In this document: positions 31,182-41,406 of the stretch, in pieces | Position numbering within the stretch: position 1 is the first letter of the stretch | Layout of the letters: the number at the start of each line of letters is the position of its first letter | NCBI GenBank assembly: GCA_963783575.1 | Contig: CAWAOD010000006.1 | Span: forward strand, 64,001 to 128,000 | DNA: 64,000 bases | Source of the DNA: an uncultured Spirochaetota bacterium | GTDB taxonomy: Bacteria; Spirochaetota; Brevinematia; Brevinematales; JAOACQ01 | Direction of reading: 5' to 3' | Notes under the pieces: model-generated | The model's database searches: none | Seen by the model: the letters and a program-made list of their open reading frames with translations, nothing else | Told to the model about the DNA's origin: nothing | Made by a program: the position numbers and the translations under genes

Positions 31182-31889
31182 TTATTTAAATGTGGCAATT
31201 CCCATTTCTTTAAGCTTTTTTATGTTAAAATTAACCCTGAACAATTCATCCGGAAGCCCTGAGTTCAGAAAATATTCAGACCAGACCGAATGCTGAACGA
31301 GTTTATCATTTTCATAACCGTCAGCCTGGATGGGCAGGAAAGTGCCGGGATCAAGTATAATTTCTTCGGAAGACAGGCTGCCGTTTTTTACCGGATCGCC
31401 GGTTTTTCCCGTAAGCTTATAAGTGCCGTTTTCAAGGATTTTAACCGAATTATCCCCGTTCTTTAAATAAAAATGAAGCTTTTTTATTATCGACTCCAGA
31501 TCGGCGTCATCGATAGTCAGCCCCCTAACGGTAGTGACCATAGGATTATTTTTATCCATATCAAGAGCTATGCCTGACAGAATGCCGCCCTTCCGGCCGG
31601 TTATTTTATTTCCGCCTGTATAGACAGCAACACTGCCTTTGTCCATAGCTTTGTTTCCTTCCAGTATATCCGTACGGATCATTAGCGGTTTTTTGAAAAA
31701 ATAGTACATCAACCTTTTTTCATACTTTTGCCCGTTTGAACACCATTCGTCAACCTTGCACTGGTAGTCATTTATCGATGAATAAACCGTGTCAAGCTTT
31801 GCGAGAATACTCTCGGGAGTTATTTCCTGCGCGATAAGTCCATTAATTGTCATAAATAAAATGATAAAAACGAAAAATGATCTGATCAT
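31182..31889 (-). CDS. Exported LolA-like / DUF1571-like protein
   Basis: Signal peptide after GGAGG; YFFKKPLMIR; terminal LNSGLPDELF. Confidence 0.6.
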   Translation of the reverse strand: MIRSFFVFIILFMTINGLIAQEITPESILAKLDTVYSSINDYQCKVDEWCSNGQKYEKRLMYYFFKKPLMIRTDILEGNKAMDKGSVAVYTGGNKITGRKGGILSGIALDMDKNNPMVTTVRGLTIDDADLESIIKKLHFYLKNGDNSVKILENGTYKLTGKTGDPVKNGSLSSEEIILDPGTFLPIQADGYENDKLVQHSVWSEYFLNSGLPDELFRVNFNIKKLKEMGIATFK

Positions 31890-32075
31890 ATGCCGCCTCC
31901 GCCAAAATCTTATTTTATCCGGTATTCTGATTTTACCCCAACACCGGAATAAAAGCAAGATTTGTCTTCGACAGAGGTCTTTAAGACTGCAGTCTTTTCA
32001 AATTTGTTGACTAAAATATTTTTAAAAATTATATTATATGATTCTAAATATAGTTGATGGAAGAGGAACTTTTGT

Positions 32076-33770
32076 ATGAATTACAGAAACTTTAACGCGG
32101 CGATCTTTTTCACGGAAATGGATGTCTCTTCGTTTAAGGACAGGCAACAACTGGAAACTGAATTTGCTGGGGTTGAAAAGAATATCAGGGTGGGGAAGGT
32201 CTATCTTGAGACATTCCGATCCGATCAGACTGTTGATAAAAAGCAGATATTTATGCTCAATGACTTTTTTAAAAGTAAAGGTATAAAAACCTCCGGCGCA
32301 ATAACCACAACGCGCGCTTCAAAAGGGATATGGAAGACTTTCTGCTATTCCGGCAGCGAGGACAGGGAAAAATTGAAAGAAGTGGTAAAACTGACCGCTT
32401 CGATTTTCGATGAAATTATACTTGACGATTTTTTCTTTACAAATTGCAAATGCGAATCCTGCATTGCCGGCAAGGGCGAAAAAACCTGGGCCGAATACCG
32501 GGTGAAACTCCTTAACGATGCGGCCGTAGAATGCGTGATAAAGCCCGCAAAGGAAATCAACCCGGGAATTAACCTGATTATCAAATTCCCGAACTGGTAT
32601 GAGCATTACCAGAATGACGGCTATAACCTGAAGGACGAACCGGCAGTATTCGATATGATCTATACCGGGACGGAAACAAGAGACCCTGAGTATACCCAGC
32701 AGCATCTCCAGAGCTACCTGAGCTATTTTTTAATGCGGTATATGGAGAATGTCAAGCCCGGAAAAAACGGCGGCGGCTGGTTTGACACTTTCGATTGCTA
32801 TAATCCCGTTAATTATATCGAGCAGTTAAACCTGACGCTTTTTTCAAAGGCGAAAGAAGCGACGCTTTTCTGCTATCATCTGATTAAGGATTCTTTATAT
32901 CTCTCTCTCGCGGGTTTCGCGTTCGGAAAAACCGATAATTTTCTCGGTAAGCTTGGAAAACCTGCCGGGGTTTCCTGCTATAAGCCGTATCATTCTTCCG
33001 GCGAAGACCACCTTTACGACTCTATCGGGATGCTTGGAATTCCGCTGGAACCGTATCCCGAATTTCCGGCTGATAAAGATATTGTCTTTCTCACCGCCAG
33101 CGCTGCCCAAGATGATAAAATAATGGACAAAATGAAAACTTTTCTAAAAAAGGGCGGTAAGATTGTGATTACTTCCGGACTTGTTGAGAAACTTATTGGA
33201 AAAGGCATCGAAGATCTTGCTGTTTTGAAAAGAACGAATAGAAAAGTTTCAGCCCGGCAATTCGGTGTTAATCGCCAGATTTGCGCTTACCAGGATTATC
33301 ATTATTCCGACATGGATATTTCACTGCCGGTACTTGAGTATTCCACAAATGAATCCTGGCCTTTTATCGATGCGATTGACGGCCATTATTCCGCTCCGCT
33401 TCTGCTTTATAACACATACGCGGCCGGTAAGATATATATTCTGGTCATACCGGACAACTACGAAGGACTTTATCACCTTCCCCCGGAGATATTAAACGTT
33501 TTAAGAGATATTATAACGCCGGATTTTCCCGTTCAAATTGAAGGAAGGGCGAGGATCGGCCTTTTTGTTTATGATAATGATACCTTTATCGTGGAATCTT
33601 TTCTGCCATATAATGCGGTTGTTAACCTGAAAGTCCGGGTTAATGACGCAAGGCTTAGGTCTTTGACTGATGAAAAAGAACTAATACCCGCGTTATTCAA
33701 TGATAAAAATTCTATTTTCAGCGTCATGCTTGAGCCAGGAAGCTACCAGGCGTTTAAGATAGTAAGATAA
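32076..33770 (+). CDS. Conserved protein resembling GH42-like glycoside hydrolases
   Basis: DEIILDDFFFTNCKCESC; middle domain FLKKGGKIVITSG. Confidence 0.5.
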   Translation: MNYRNFNAAIFFTEMDVSSFKDRQQLETEFAGVEKNIRVGKVYLETFRSDQTVDKKQIFMLNDFFKSKGIKTSGAITTTRASKGIWKTFCYSGSEDREKLKEVVKLTASIFDEIILDDFFFTNCKCESCIAGKGEKTWAEYRVKLLNDAAVECVIKPAKEINPGINLIIKFPNWYEHYQNDGYNLKDEPAVFDMIYTGTETRDPEYTQQHLQSYLSYFLMRYMENVKPGKNGGGWFDTFDCYNPVNYIEQLNLTLFSKAKEATLFCYHLIKDSLYLSLAGFAFGKTDNFLGKLGKPAGVSCYKPYHSSGEDHLYDSIGMLGIPLEPYPEFPADKDIVFLTASAAQDDKIMDKMKTFLKKGGKIVITSGLVEKLIGKGIEDLAVLKRTNRKVSARQFGVNRQICAYQDYHYSDMDISLPVLEYSTNESWPFIDAIDGHYSAPLLLYNTYAAGKIYILVIPDNYEGLYHLPPEILNVLRDIITPDFPVQIEGRARIGLFVYDNDTFIVESFLPYNAVVNLKVRVNDARLRSLTDEKELIPALFNDKNSIFSVMLEPGSYQAFKIVR

Positions 33771-33823
33771 TTGTTTTGCCGTAAAGCCACGGCATATGGC
33801 TTTATTCCTTTCTTTCTGTGGCG

Positions 33824-35549
33824 TTGTCTGTCGAAAAATCCGAAAATATGATATAATAGTTAGTTGCAAAATTAAAGAGGGGAAAGACAATGGCGAGATA
33901 TAAGAGAGGAAATCTAGACCAGGGAGAATTGTTAGCCATCAATTTGCAGGAACAATTCGATGAATACAGCCGTGAAGTCCTTCTAAAAAAGTTTGTGGCG
34001 AAATACATTGATATACAAAGGTTTGATAAATATTATTCCAATGATGAAACAGGGCGGAAAGGGAAACATCCTCAAGATGTTATATCTGCGATTCTCTATG
34101 GTTATTTGCAAGGAATCCATTCCAGCCGCAAGGTAGAAAATCTTCTCAGAACCCACATAGGATTTATGTATGTATCAAACCGTCTTAGCATAGATCATTC
34201 AAAGCTTTGCGATTTTAAAATCCAGTTTGATGACGAAATTACAAATCTGTTTGCGACAATTCTTTTTTTATTAAATAACATAGGAGAGATTGATTGGGAT
34301 GTAGTTGTGGGGGACGGAACGAAAATCAAAGCCAATGCATCAAAGTCAAAGACGATGACCAGGGAAAGAGCCGACAAAGTGATGAGAACTTACCGCAAAA
34401 TGGCAACCAAAGTAGTTAAAAGGAGTTTGGAGACAGATGAGAAACTAAATCGTGGTGAATTGGAAGAAGAAAAGTATATGGCTGAAAAAAAGCGTATAGA
34501 ACGTCAGGAAAAGCTTTACAACAGAGTGATGGAACAGGTGGAAGTTTATCAAAAGATGCTTGAAGAAGAAAGATTAAAAGAAGGAGACAAAACCATTACA
34601 GGCAAAGATCATTATAATTTAACCGATCCCGACAGCTCTCTTACATTGGGGCCTGACAAGAGCGGATATATTCAGGGATATAATATAAGAATGATGATCA
34701 GTAACAATGACATAATACTAAGCTGTGAAAACGATAAATTGAATGAGAAATACAGTGCGAAACCCATGATCGAGGAAGTGGAAAAGCTTAAAGAGGAATT
34801 GGGGGTAAAGCAGGAAAGTAAGTACCTGCTGGATTCGGGATTTCAAAATATGACAGACATTCTGGAAATGGAAGAAAAAGGATTGGATTGCTATATTGAT
34901 ATAAAAGAGAGAGATTTTGGGAAAGAGGTACAAAAGAGAAAGAATTTTGAAATCATAAAAGGTGATAACAGAGAGTATCGGTTAAAGTGCTGTGGTGGAT
35001 TAAATACCAAAGGATACATTGATGATAAAAGAGGCAAAATCCACTTTTTCTATAATCGATCACAATGTAAGGAATGTGAAAATAATAAGGAATGTTATAC
35101 GAACATAAATCCCAGCAAAAACCAAAAGACTGTAAATTTCAATCTGTTTGAGTTAGAGAACAGAAAGGAAATCGACAGTTATCTTAATAAATTGAGAAGT
35201 GATGAAGGGCAAAAGATATACAGCAAGAGAATTGGAAAGGAACACAATTTTGCCAACCTTAAAACGCAGAAAGATTTTTCTCAAACCTATTATCGTGGAA
35301 AAGAAAAAGTAGAAATGGATTGGCTCTGGAATTCCACTTCACATAATTTGGGAAAATATTTTCAGGCTGTAATATGCAAAGGATTGAGTATATGAGAATG
35401 ATATAAAATGGTATAGGAGTGTAATTATGTAATTTAAGCTATAATAAATTGTATATGAGATTAATTTTCGGATATCTTAGAAATCAAATGTGATATCCGA
35501 ATGTTATAGAAAATCGCTTTTTCTCTTTTTATAGTTTTTCGACAGACAA
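33824..35549 (+). mobile_element. IS1182-like insertion sequence
   Basis: Perfect 15-bp TIRs TTGTCTGTCGAAAAA (33824-38) and TTTTTCGACAGACAA (35535-49); 4-bp target duplication GGCG (33820-23, 35550-53). Confidence 0.9.
33890..35395 (+). CDS. DDE transposase, IS1182-like
   Basis: YGYLQGIHSSRKVE, DGTKIKANAS, TDPDS, QGYN, LDSGF, KRIGKEHNFANLK. Confidence 0.9.
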   Translation: MARYKRGNLDQGELLAINLQEQFDEYSREVLLKKFVAKYIDIQRFDKYYSNDETGRKGKHPQDVISAILYGYLQGIHSSRKVENLLRTHIGFMYVSNRLSIDHSKLCDFKIQFDDEITNLFATILFLLNNIGEIDWDVVVGDGTKIKANASKSKTMTRERADKVMRTYRKMATKVVKRSLETDEKLNRGELEEEKYMAEKKRIERQEKLYNRVMEQVEVYQKMLEEERLKEGDKTITGKDHYNLTDPDSSLTLGPDKSGYIQGYNIRMMISNNDIILSCENDKLNEKYSAKPMIEEVEKLKEELGVKQESKYLLDSGFQNMTDILEMEEKGLDCYIDIKERDFGKEVQKRKNFEIIKGDNREYRLKCCGGLNTKGYIDDKRGKIHFFYNRSQCKECENNKECYTNINPSKNQKTVNFNLFELENRKEIDSYLNKLRSDEGQKIYSKRIGKEHNFANLKTQKDFSQTYYRGKEKVEMDWLWNSTSHNLGKYFQAVICKGLSI

Positions 35550-35852
35550 GGCGAACAGAAAGAAAGGAATCGAAAGAAAGATTCGCCCCTTCGCATTAAC
35601 ACCATTTCATGTCAAGCTATCTGTTTATTCCGAAGTGTTGTTATTCCGATCTGATTTAACATTCTTTTTTATTAAAGAGCCTCACTTTGCAGTCCTGCTA
35701 CGTTCGGGTCGCAGCCGTCCTGGCTGCGAAATACGAACGTATCGATTTATTATTAAAGGGGAATAACAACAATTTTAGTACTGAGCATTTTCAATGTAAT
35801 AACTAAGGCTCAATCAGAAATGGCGTTAATGCTGCGGGGGCAATTAAGCAAT

Positions 35853-36113
35853 CTTCGGTCACTGAGTAGCGTCTTGTTTATGGTCACTTCGATACGGGCT
35901 GAAGCCCTACTCAGTGACCGAAGTATTTCTTAAAAGATGGAGCTAAACGCGTATCGAAGTGACTGTCATGACAGCTTTTATAGTACATTTTAGAAATATA
36001 AACAAAGCCCTCTTCGCTCCCCGAGTGATCGCGATAGCGATCGTATCGAGGGGGTGTCATGACGATCGCCTCGATACAATTTTTGCTTCGCAAAAATCAC
36101 TCGGCGACCGAAG
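35853..36113. repeat. Cluster of REP-like palindromic repeats
   Basis: CTTCGGTCACTGAGTAG / CTACTCAGTGACCGAAG; GTCACTTCGATACG / CGTATCGAAGTGAC; second pair CCGAGTGAT..GTATCGAGG / CCTCGATAC..ATCACTCGG. Confidence 0.75.
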
Positions 36114-36405
36114 CCAGTTCTATACAAATCAATACTGATAACTTGACTTGTTTTATCATAAGCATTATGATTTCCCGGCATATGACATGTATTTGTGGAC
36201 AACTTTTTGTGGTAATGCGTTTACTTGGGCGATGGTGGGCTGGAGGTTTTTTTGGGGGGGTGTAACTTCGCCTCCGCCCAGTGGCTGGTAAAAAGGTTGA
36301 AAATATTGGATAATATTTATTAATTGAACATAAAAAATCATCAATTTTAAAGCAAAAAAATATTACCTATTAGTTAATGTTTTTTTAAATAGGTGGATAT
36401 GAAAT

Positions 36406-37410
36406 ATGGATTCCAGTTTACATGAAAGATTATACAATAATGAAATTAACAAAGAAAATTTAACATCGCTATTAAAAGAATACAACCCAGATCAACACAT
36501 TGCATTTATCGGATCAGGAATTAACACAACAATAAACGATATCCCTAACTATAGTCTACTTTTTAATAAATTATGTAATGGAATATATAATGAAAAAGAT
36601 AATAATAAAATTAATCCAGATTCTTTTTCTAGATTATATGAAAACTATAATGATATAGAAAATTTTGATAGGAAGGTTTTTGATATAATAACTCCTAAAA
36701 ATACAAGTGGTTCTATGACAAGTATTGATATTACCCGAGCTTTTAATTGTTTTGTAACAACAAATTATCATGAACCAATAGAAGAAGCTTTTAAAAAGAA
36801 GCAGATTATAGCACAAGAATCACCCGCAGAGTTGAAATTATTTTATTTTTCTTTTCCAACAACATTAGGGCAGCCTTCAAAACACACATTAACATATTTA
36901 CATGGTAATTCGGCTATTGGGTTCTGTATTTTAAGACAAAAAGATTATGAATACTTTTATCCTTCTTTATATCAAAAACATCTTGGAGTATATGTACTTG
37001 AAAATAGTTTATTTGATATTTTCACAAAAAAAAGTGTAGTTTTTTTAGGTTGTTCATTAGAAAAACATATAAAAGAGTATTTGAATTATCTTATTAATAA
37101 AAAGATAAATCAAATGAATCAAAAAATAAACAGGGAGAAAAAATTAATTTGTAATACCCATTATTGGATTAATAATGACATCGATATCAATCAATATTTA
37201 AGAGGAATTCCTAAACAAGAAAAAGAAAATAAATATAAAGAATATGAAAATAAATATTTTGAAAATTTTGCAAGAATAAAAATTAAACCAATAATTTATA
37301 CAGGATATCATATTTTCATAGAAGATATATGTAAATTGTTAATTCATAAGGGTGAAGATAAAAAGACACTCAAATTTGAGCAAAGCTTTGATCCAACAAA
37401 AGGAGTTTGA
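36406..37410 (+). CDS. SIR2-like (SIR2_2) domain protein, putative NADase effector
   Basis: AFIGSGIN, IPNY, FVTTNYH, YLHGN, VVFLGCSL motifs; very AT-rich. Confidence 0.75.
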   Translation: MDSSLHERLYNNEINKENLTSLLKEYNPDQHIAFIGSGINTTINDIPNYSLLFNKLCNGIYNEKDNNKINPDSFSRLYENYNDIENFDRKVFDIITPKNTSGSMTSIDITRAFNCFVTTNYHEPIEEAFKKKQIIAQESPAELKLFYFSFPTTLGQPSKHTLTYLHGNSAIGFCILRQKDYEYFYPSLYQKHLGVYVLENSLFDIFTKKSVVFLGCSLEKHIKEYLNYLINKKINQMNQKINREKKLICNTHYWINNDIDINQYLRGIPKQEKENKYKEYENKYFENFARIKIKPIIYTGYHIFIEDICKLLIHKGEDKKTLKFEQSFDPTKGV

Positions 37411-37416
37411 TAATAT

Positions 37417-40400
37417 ATGAGTTATTATGAATTATTAAATGATCTAGAGAAACTTATTATAGAATTTAGTAATGATAATGCTGCTAAAATTTTAATGCTT
37501 ATTCAACAAGATAATGCACTAGAAACTGAATTATTTAGAAGACTAAAATCTTGTTTGTGGTTTATGTGGTTAAGAGATTCTGGATTCTTTAAACCTGAAA
37601 ACATTAAATATAATTCCAAAGGTTATGCTATTTATTGGGATATTGTCGATTATCTTGAAAAAGTCTCGGAGCAGGTTTCCCAAAATCCCGAATACGGAAA
37701 AGAACTAATCGACATTATTAAAAATACGGTTGAATTTTCCATTGATAAAAAAAAGATAATAAACAATTTTTATATCTGGCAGTATTTTGTAAAGATCATT
37801 AAAAATATCCCAAACCCTATTATTGTGGAAAATTTCCCAATGGAAAACCGTGAAAAGGATGGAAATATTTCATACGGTTTCCGGACATGGTTATTTACTT
37901 TAACTGAAGCAACAAGAGATAGTGATTTTATTATTAATGATATAGCGGATTTGCTTCTGGGCAAATTCCTTGAGGATGACAACACCATAAAATATGCGGA
38001 AGCTATTATGGAATTGATGACATGGATTCAGCCGAAAAATTATAGGAGTTCAATAACCGGAAGGGATGATGCTGTGATGAAGTGGAATTCATACTGGATA
38101 TTGGAAGCCTTTAAAAAGAACCGCATCAACATCGGAAAGAAATGTTCCAAAGACTCAATTGTGGATATTGCCGGGAAACTTGAAAAAGCACTGGAGTATG
38201 AACAGAGTTTTTACGATAGAATTATTGAAACAGAGCAGGGAATATACCGGTTAAAAGTTAGCAGGGTTAAAGATGAAAAAATCGGGGAAAATGAGATCGG
38301 ATTTATTGAAAATACTTTTGAAAGTGATCTTAGCCGATATGCGTCTAAACAAATTGAAGGAATTAATTTAAAGGAAGACCCCTGGCCGCTTTACCATATC
38401 GAGCCTGAAACAGGGCTGCAAAATTTCCGTATGATCGCAAAGGATAAAGAAACATTTATTCTAAAATTGAAGGATAATTTATCCTCTTTCATTAAAAACC
38501 TGGAAACGGGAGAATTTGAAAAGGAAACCGGCCAAATGTTCGATGGATTATTTGAAGATTATTCAAATCTCTGGGCAAAATCCCTATCCGGAATAGATGA
38601 ATTAAACACAAATAATGCCAAAAATGTCATATCAATTATTTTACGAGATATTCTTATCGCAAAGTGTGAAGTTGACATTGAGATAGTAAGAGAAATTTTG
38701 AACATATTTTTAACTGATAAATACCGTTTCCCGATATTCCGAAAGTTTGTACTATTTTTCGTCCATAAGCAATGGGCTTATCAGGAATTATTATATAAAT
38801 TCTTTGATATTACATCAAATCCCCTGGAAAAAGCGAATTATAATGTTGAACTATATGATATCCTGCATAACAACTATGATAATTTTACATTTGAATTTAA
38901 AGAGCATATTAAAAAACAGATTTTCAAAATCCCTGATTATTTTAATAAAAAGGAAGCTTCATATATAGCTTATTGGCAATACCGATGGCTTTCGCCTCTT
39001 TCCGGTCATCCCGAATTTTCAGAAGCATATTCAAAAGCCAGAAAGGAAGCGGAAGTTGAAGAAGACAGGCCATACGAGCCGGAAAGGTCTATGAAAATCA
39101 GCGCAGGTTTTGTAGGTCATGTATCGTCTTTGTCAAAAGAACAGATACTTCAAATGCCTATTTCTGAATTAATAAAATACATAAATGAATTTAAAGAAGT
39201 AGATTCAAACAAAAATCCTTTTGATAATAAACCGGACAGAGAAGGTTTGGCCAGAGTGCTGCAGTCCGCTGTTGCGGAAAATCCCTCAAAGTTCTGTAAT
39301 GAAATTTCAGTTTTTTTACAAGTTGATTATTACTATCTTTATCATATCTTCAGGGGCTTTATTGATGCATGGAGATCGAAAAAAGAACTGGTTTGGGGTA
39401 ATTTATTTGATTTTATCATTAAATACATGGAAAAAGGTGGGGATGAAATTCTTAAAGAGGCTTTGAAGGCCCAGGGTGATGATTTCGGGAATGGAAGATA
39501 TATTTGGATGGTTGAAGTTATTGTTGATTTAATAGAGGAAGGTTCCAGGGATGATCATAGGGCTTTTGATCATGCTCTATTTTAATCAGGTTGATCAAAT
39601 ATATGAATTAATCCACACACTCCTGAAAGGCGAAAAACAGCCCAACACTCAAAGGGATGCCATCACTTACGCGTTAAATACAACATTGGGGAAAACAATT
39701 GAGTCTTTTATTATATATTCTTTGAGACGTGCAAGAGTAACAGGGGTAAGAATTGAAAATTGGGGCAAAACAAAGTATGATAGGTATTTTGATATCGGCG
39801 TCGAAGCCTATATCTGGTTCGGCCGCTTTTTGGCGAATATAAACTATCTGGATGAAGATTTTACCCGTGAAAAGATCAAAACTTTAGCTGAAAACCGGAT
39901 AGACGAATATAGCTGGCGGAATTTCATGGGCGGATATTTATCCGGGTCGCAGGTTTATAAAGATATATATTCCTATATGAGGCCGAATTATTATAAAGCC
40001 GTGGAGTATGGCAAGTTTGATGAAAATGTTGATTCAAGGCTTGTCAATCATATCGCCATTGGTTATCTATACGGTTACGATCAATTGGATACTAACAATC
40101 TGGATGGAAATCCCAGCCTCTTTTACAAGATGCTCAATGAAGCTGTGAGAGTGGAGAAAAAGAAAAGATGGGAAGAAACGGTCAATTTTTTCTGGTCTTT
40201 GTCGGGAAGGACTATCCATAAAAAAGATATTGAAAATAATGATGAAATAGAAGAAGAAACAAAAAGTAAAATAATAGATTTCTGGAGATGGACTTATGAA
40301 AATCGAGAATATATCAAAGAAATGCTGGATAATGAAGATTATCATTTATTTCTGGGCAGCATTTCTCAATTAGTAATTGTACTGAATAAAATTGATGATA

Positions 40401-40711
40401 ACTCATCAGATTGGATTGAGTTATGCGCCCCTTATATAAATATTCACCAAAATTCCTCATTTTTTATTGAATATTTAACAAAGTTTGAAGACGATGAAAG
40501 CATCAAACATATTGGAAATATATATCTGAAAATTCTTGAATATTTTATACCTACTTTCGGGGAAGAAGATATAAAGCAGACTATTGAAAAATTATATAAG
40601 CTTGGCGTAAAAGATGCCGAAGTAAAAAATGTCGCTGATAATATTTGTGAAATTTATGGCCGCCGTGGGATTCATATTTTGAAAGATTTGTGGGATAAGT
40701 ATAATACTTAA
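37417..40711 (+). pseudogene. ~1097-aa predicted helical protein, partner of the SIR2 gene, +1 frameshift at ~39580
   Basis: CTATTTTAAT: removing one T joins ORF 37417..39585 to 39551..40711. AAGGAG SD lies inside the SIR2 3' end. May be intact in vivo. Confidence 0.65.
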
Positions 40712-40760
40712 TAATTATGAATTGAATCACTTTATTTTTGAATAGATTTATTATTACCTG

Positions 40761-40976
40761 TCAGTTGACAAATAAGCTATATTTGAAAAAACTAAGGTTC
40801 CTTTGCTCCCAGATAACAACCGGAACGTTTTTATCCATCAGTTTTTCCATTAGTCCGGGACTGATTGAACCTGTCTCAATGGCGGTGGATGAAGCTACAT
40901 TTGTGATTATCATTTTTTCCAGATTTTCAGGGTCTTTCAGGTTGGGATTGGATAGGATTAAAGGTATATTTTTCAT
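40761..40976 (-). CDS. Small hypothetical protein, possibly VbhA/Fic-antitoxin-like
   Basis: NPNLKDP...NVASSTAIET resembles the (S/T)xxxE(G/N) inhibitory motif. Confidence 0.35.
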   Translation of the reverse strand: MKNIPLILSNPNLKDPENLEKMIITNVASSTAIETGSISPGLMEKLMDKNVPVVIWEQRNLSFFKYSLFVN

Positions 40977-41062
40977 ACATTAATTATAAACAGCTATTGT
41001 AATAAAGTCAATCGACATAGAGAAACAAATTTAGGGGGAAGCTCATCCAATGCCCGATAATT

Positions 41063-41406
41063 TTGCTCCCCGCAGCAGGAGCGCCATTTCTGATTGAGCC
41101 TTCATTTGACTAAAAGAAATCTCAGTATAACAATCGTTGTTATTCAAAATTAACATGAACTGAACAAGTTTAAGGGTTTCAGACAGGAGGTCTGAAACCG
41201 AGGAATCAGTCTAGGACGGACTGATGACGAGGCGATTACTAAAAGACATGTTTAAGAAAACCCGAATAACAACACCTCAGTACTTAAAGACAGCTTAACA
41301 TGAAATGGTGTTCATGCGTAGGGGTGGCTTTTTTCTTTTGCTCCTTTTCTTTTTTGGCCAGTTCAAAAAAGAAAAGGAGAGAGCCCCATTGCCGCTTCCG
41401 GCAATC
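41063..41406 (+). ncRNA. Structured non-coding element, copy 2 (intact)
   Basis: Stems GAGCGCCATTTC/GAAATGGTGTTC, TTGAGC/GCTTAA, GTTGTTATTC/GAATAACAAC; hairpins with CAGGAGG and TAGGACG centres; 3' TTTTTTCTTTT-CTCCTTTTCTTTTTTG...CAAAAAAGAAAAGGAG. Confidence 0.7.

Larger units (their letters stand above)
33775..35842 (-). ncRNA. Structured non-coding element, copy 1 (~340 nt: 35550-35842 plus 33775-33823), interrupted by the IS
   Basis: Collinear homology to 41063-41406 (21-nt and 15-nt identical blocks); nested stems with G-U pairs on the minus strand; 3' triplex-type motif. Confidence 0.65.

Noticed and set aside
35853..36113. CRISPR array
   Set aside because: Repeats are inverted and nested, not direct repeats with regular unique spacers; no cas genes.
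36233..36280. tRNA 3'-end/att site (minus strand ...CCTCCAGCCCACCA)
   Set aside because: No T-loop GTTCRA or cloverleaf; explained as a hairpin TGGGCTGGAGG/CCTCCGCCCA.
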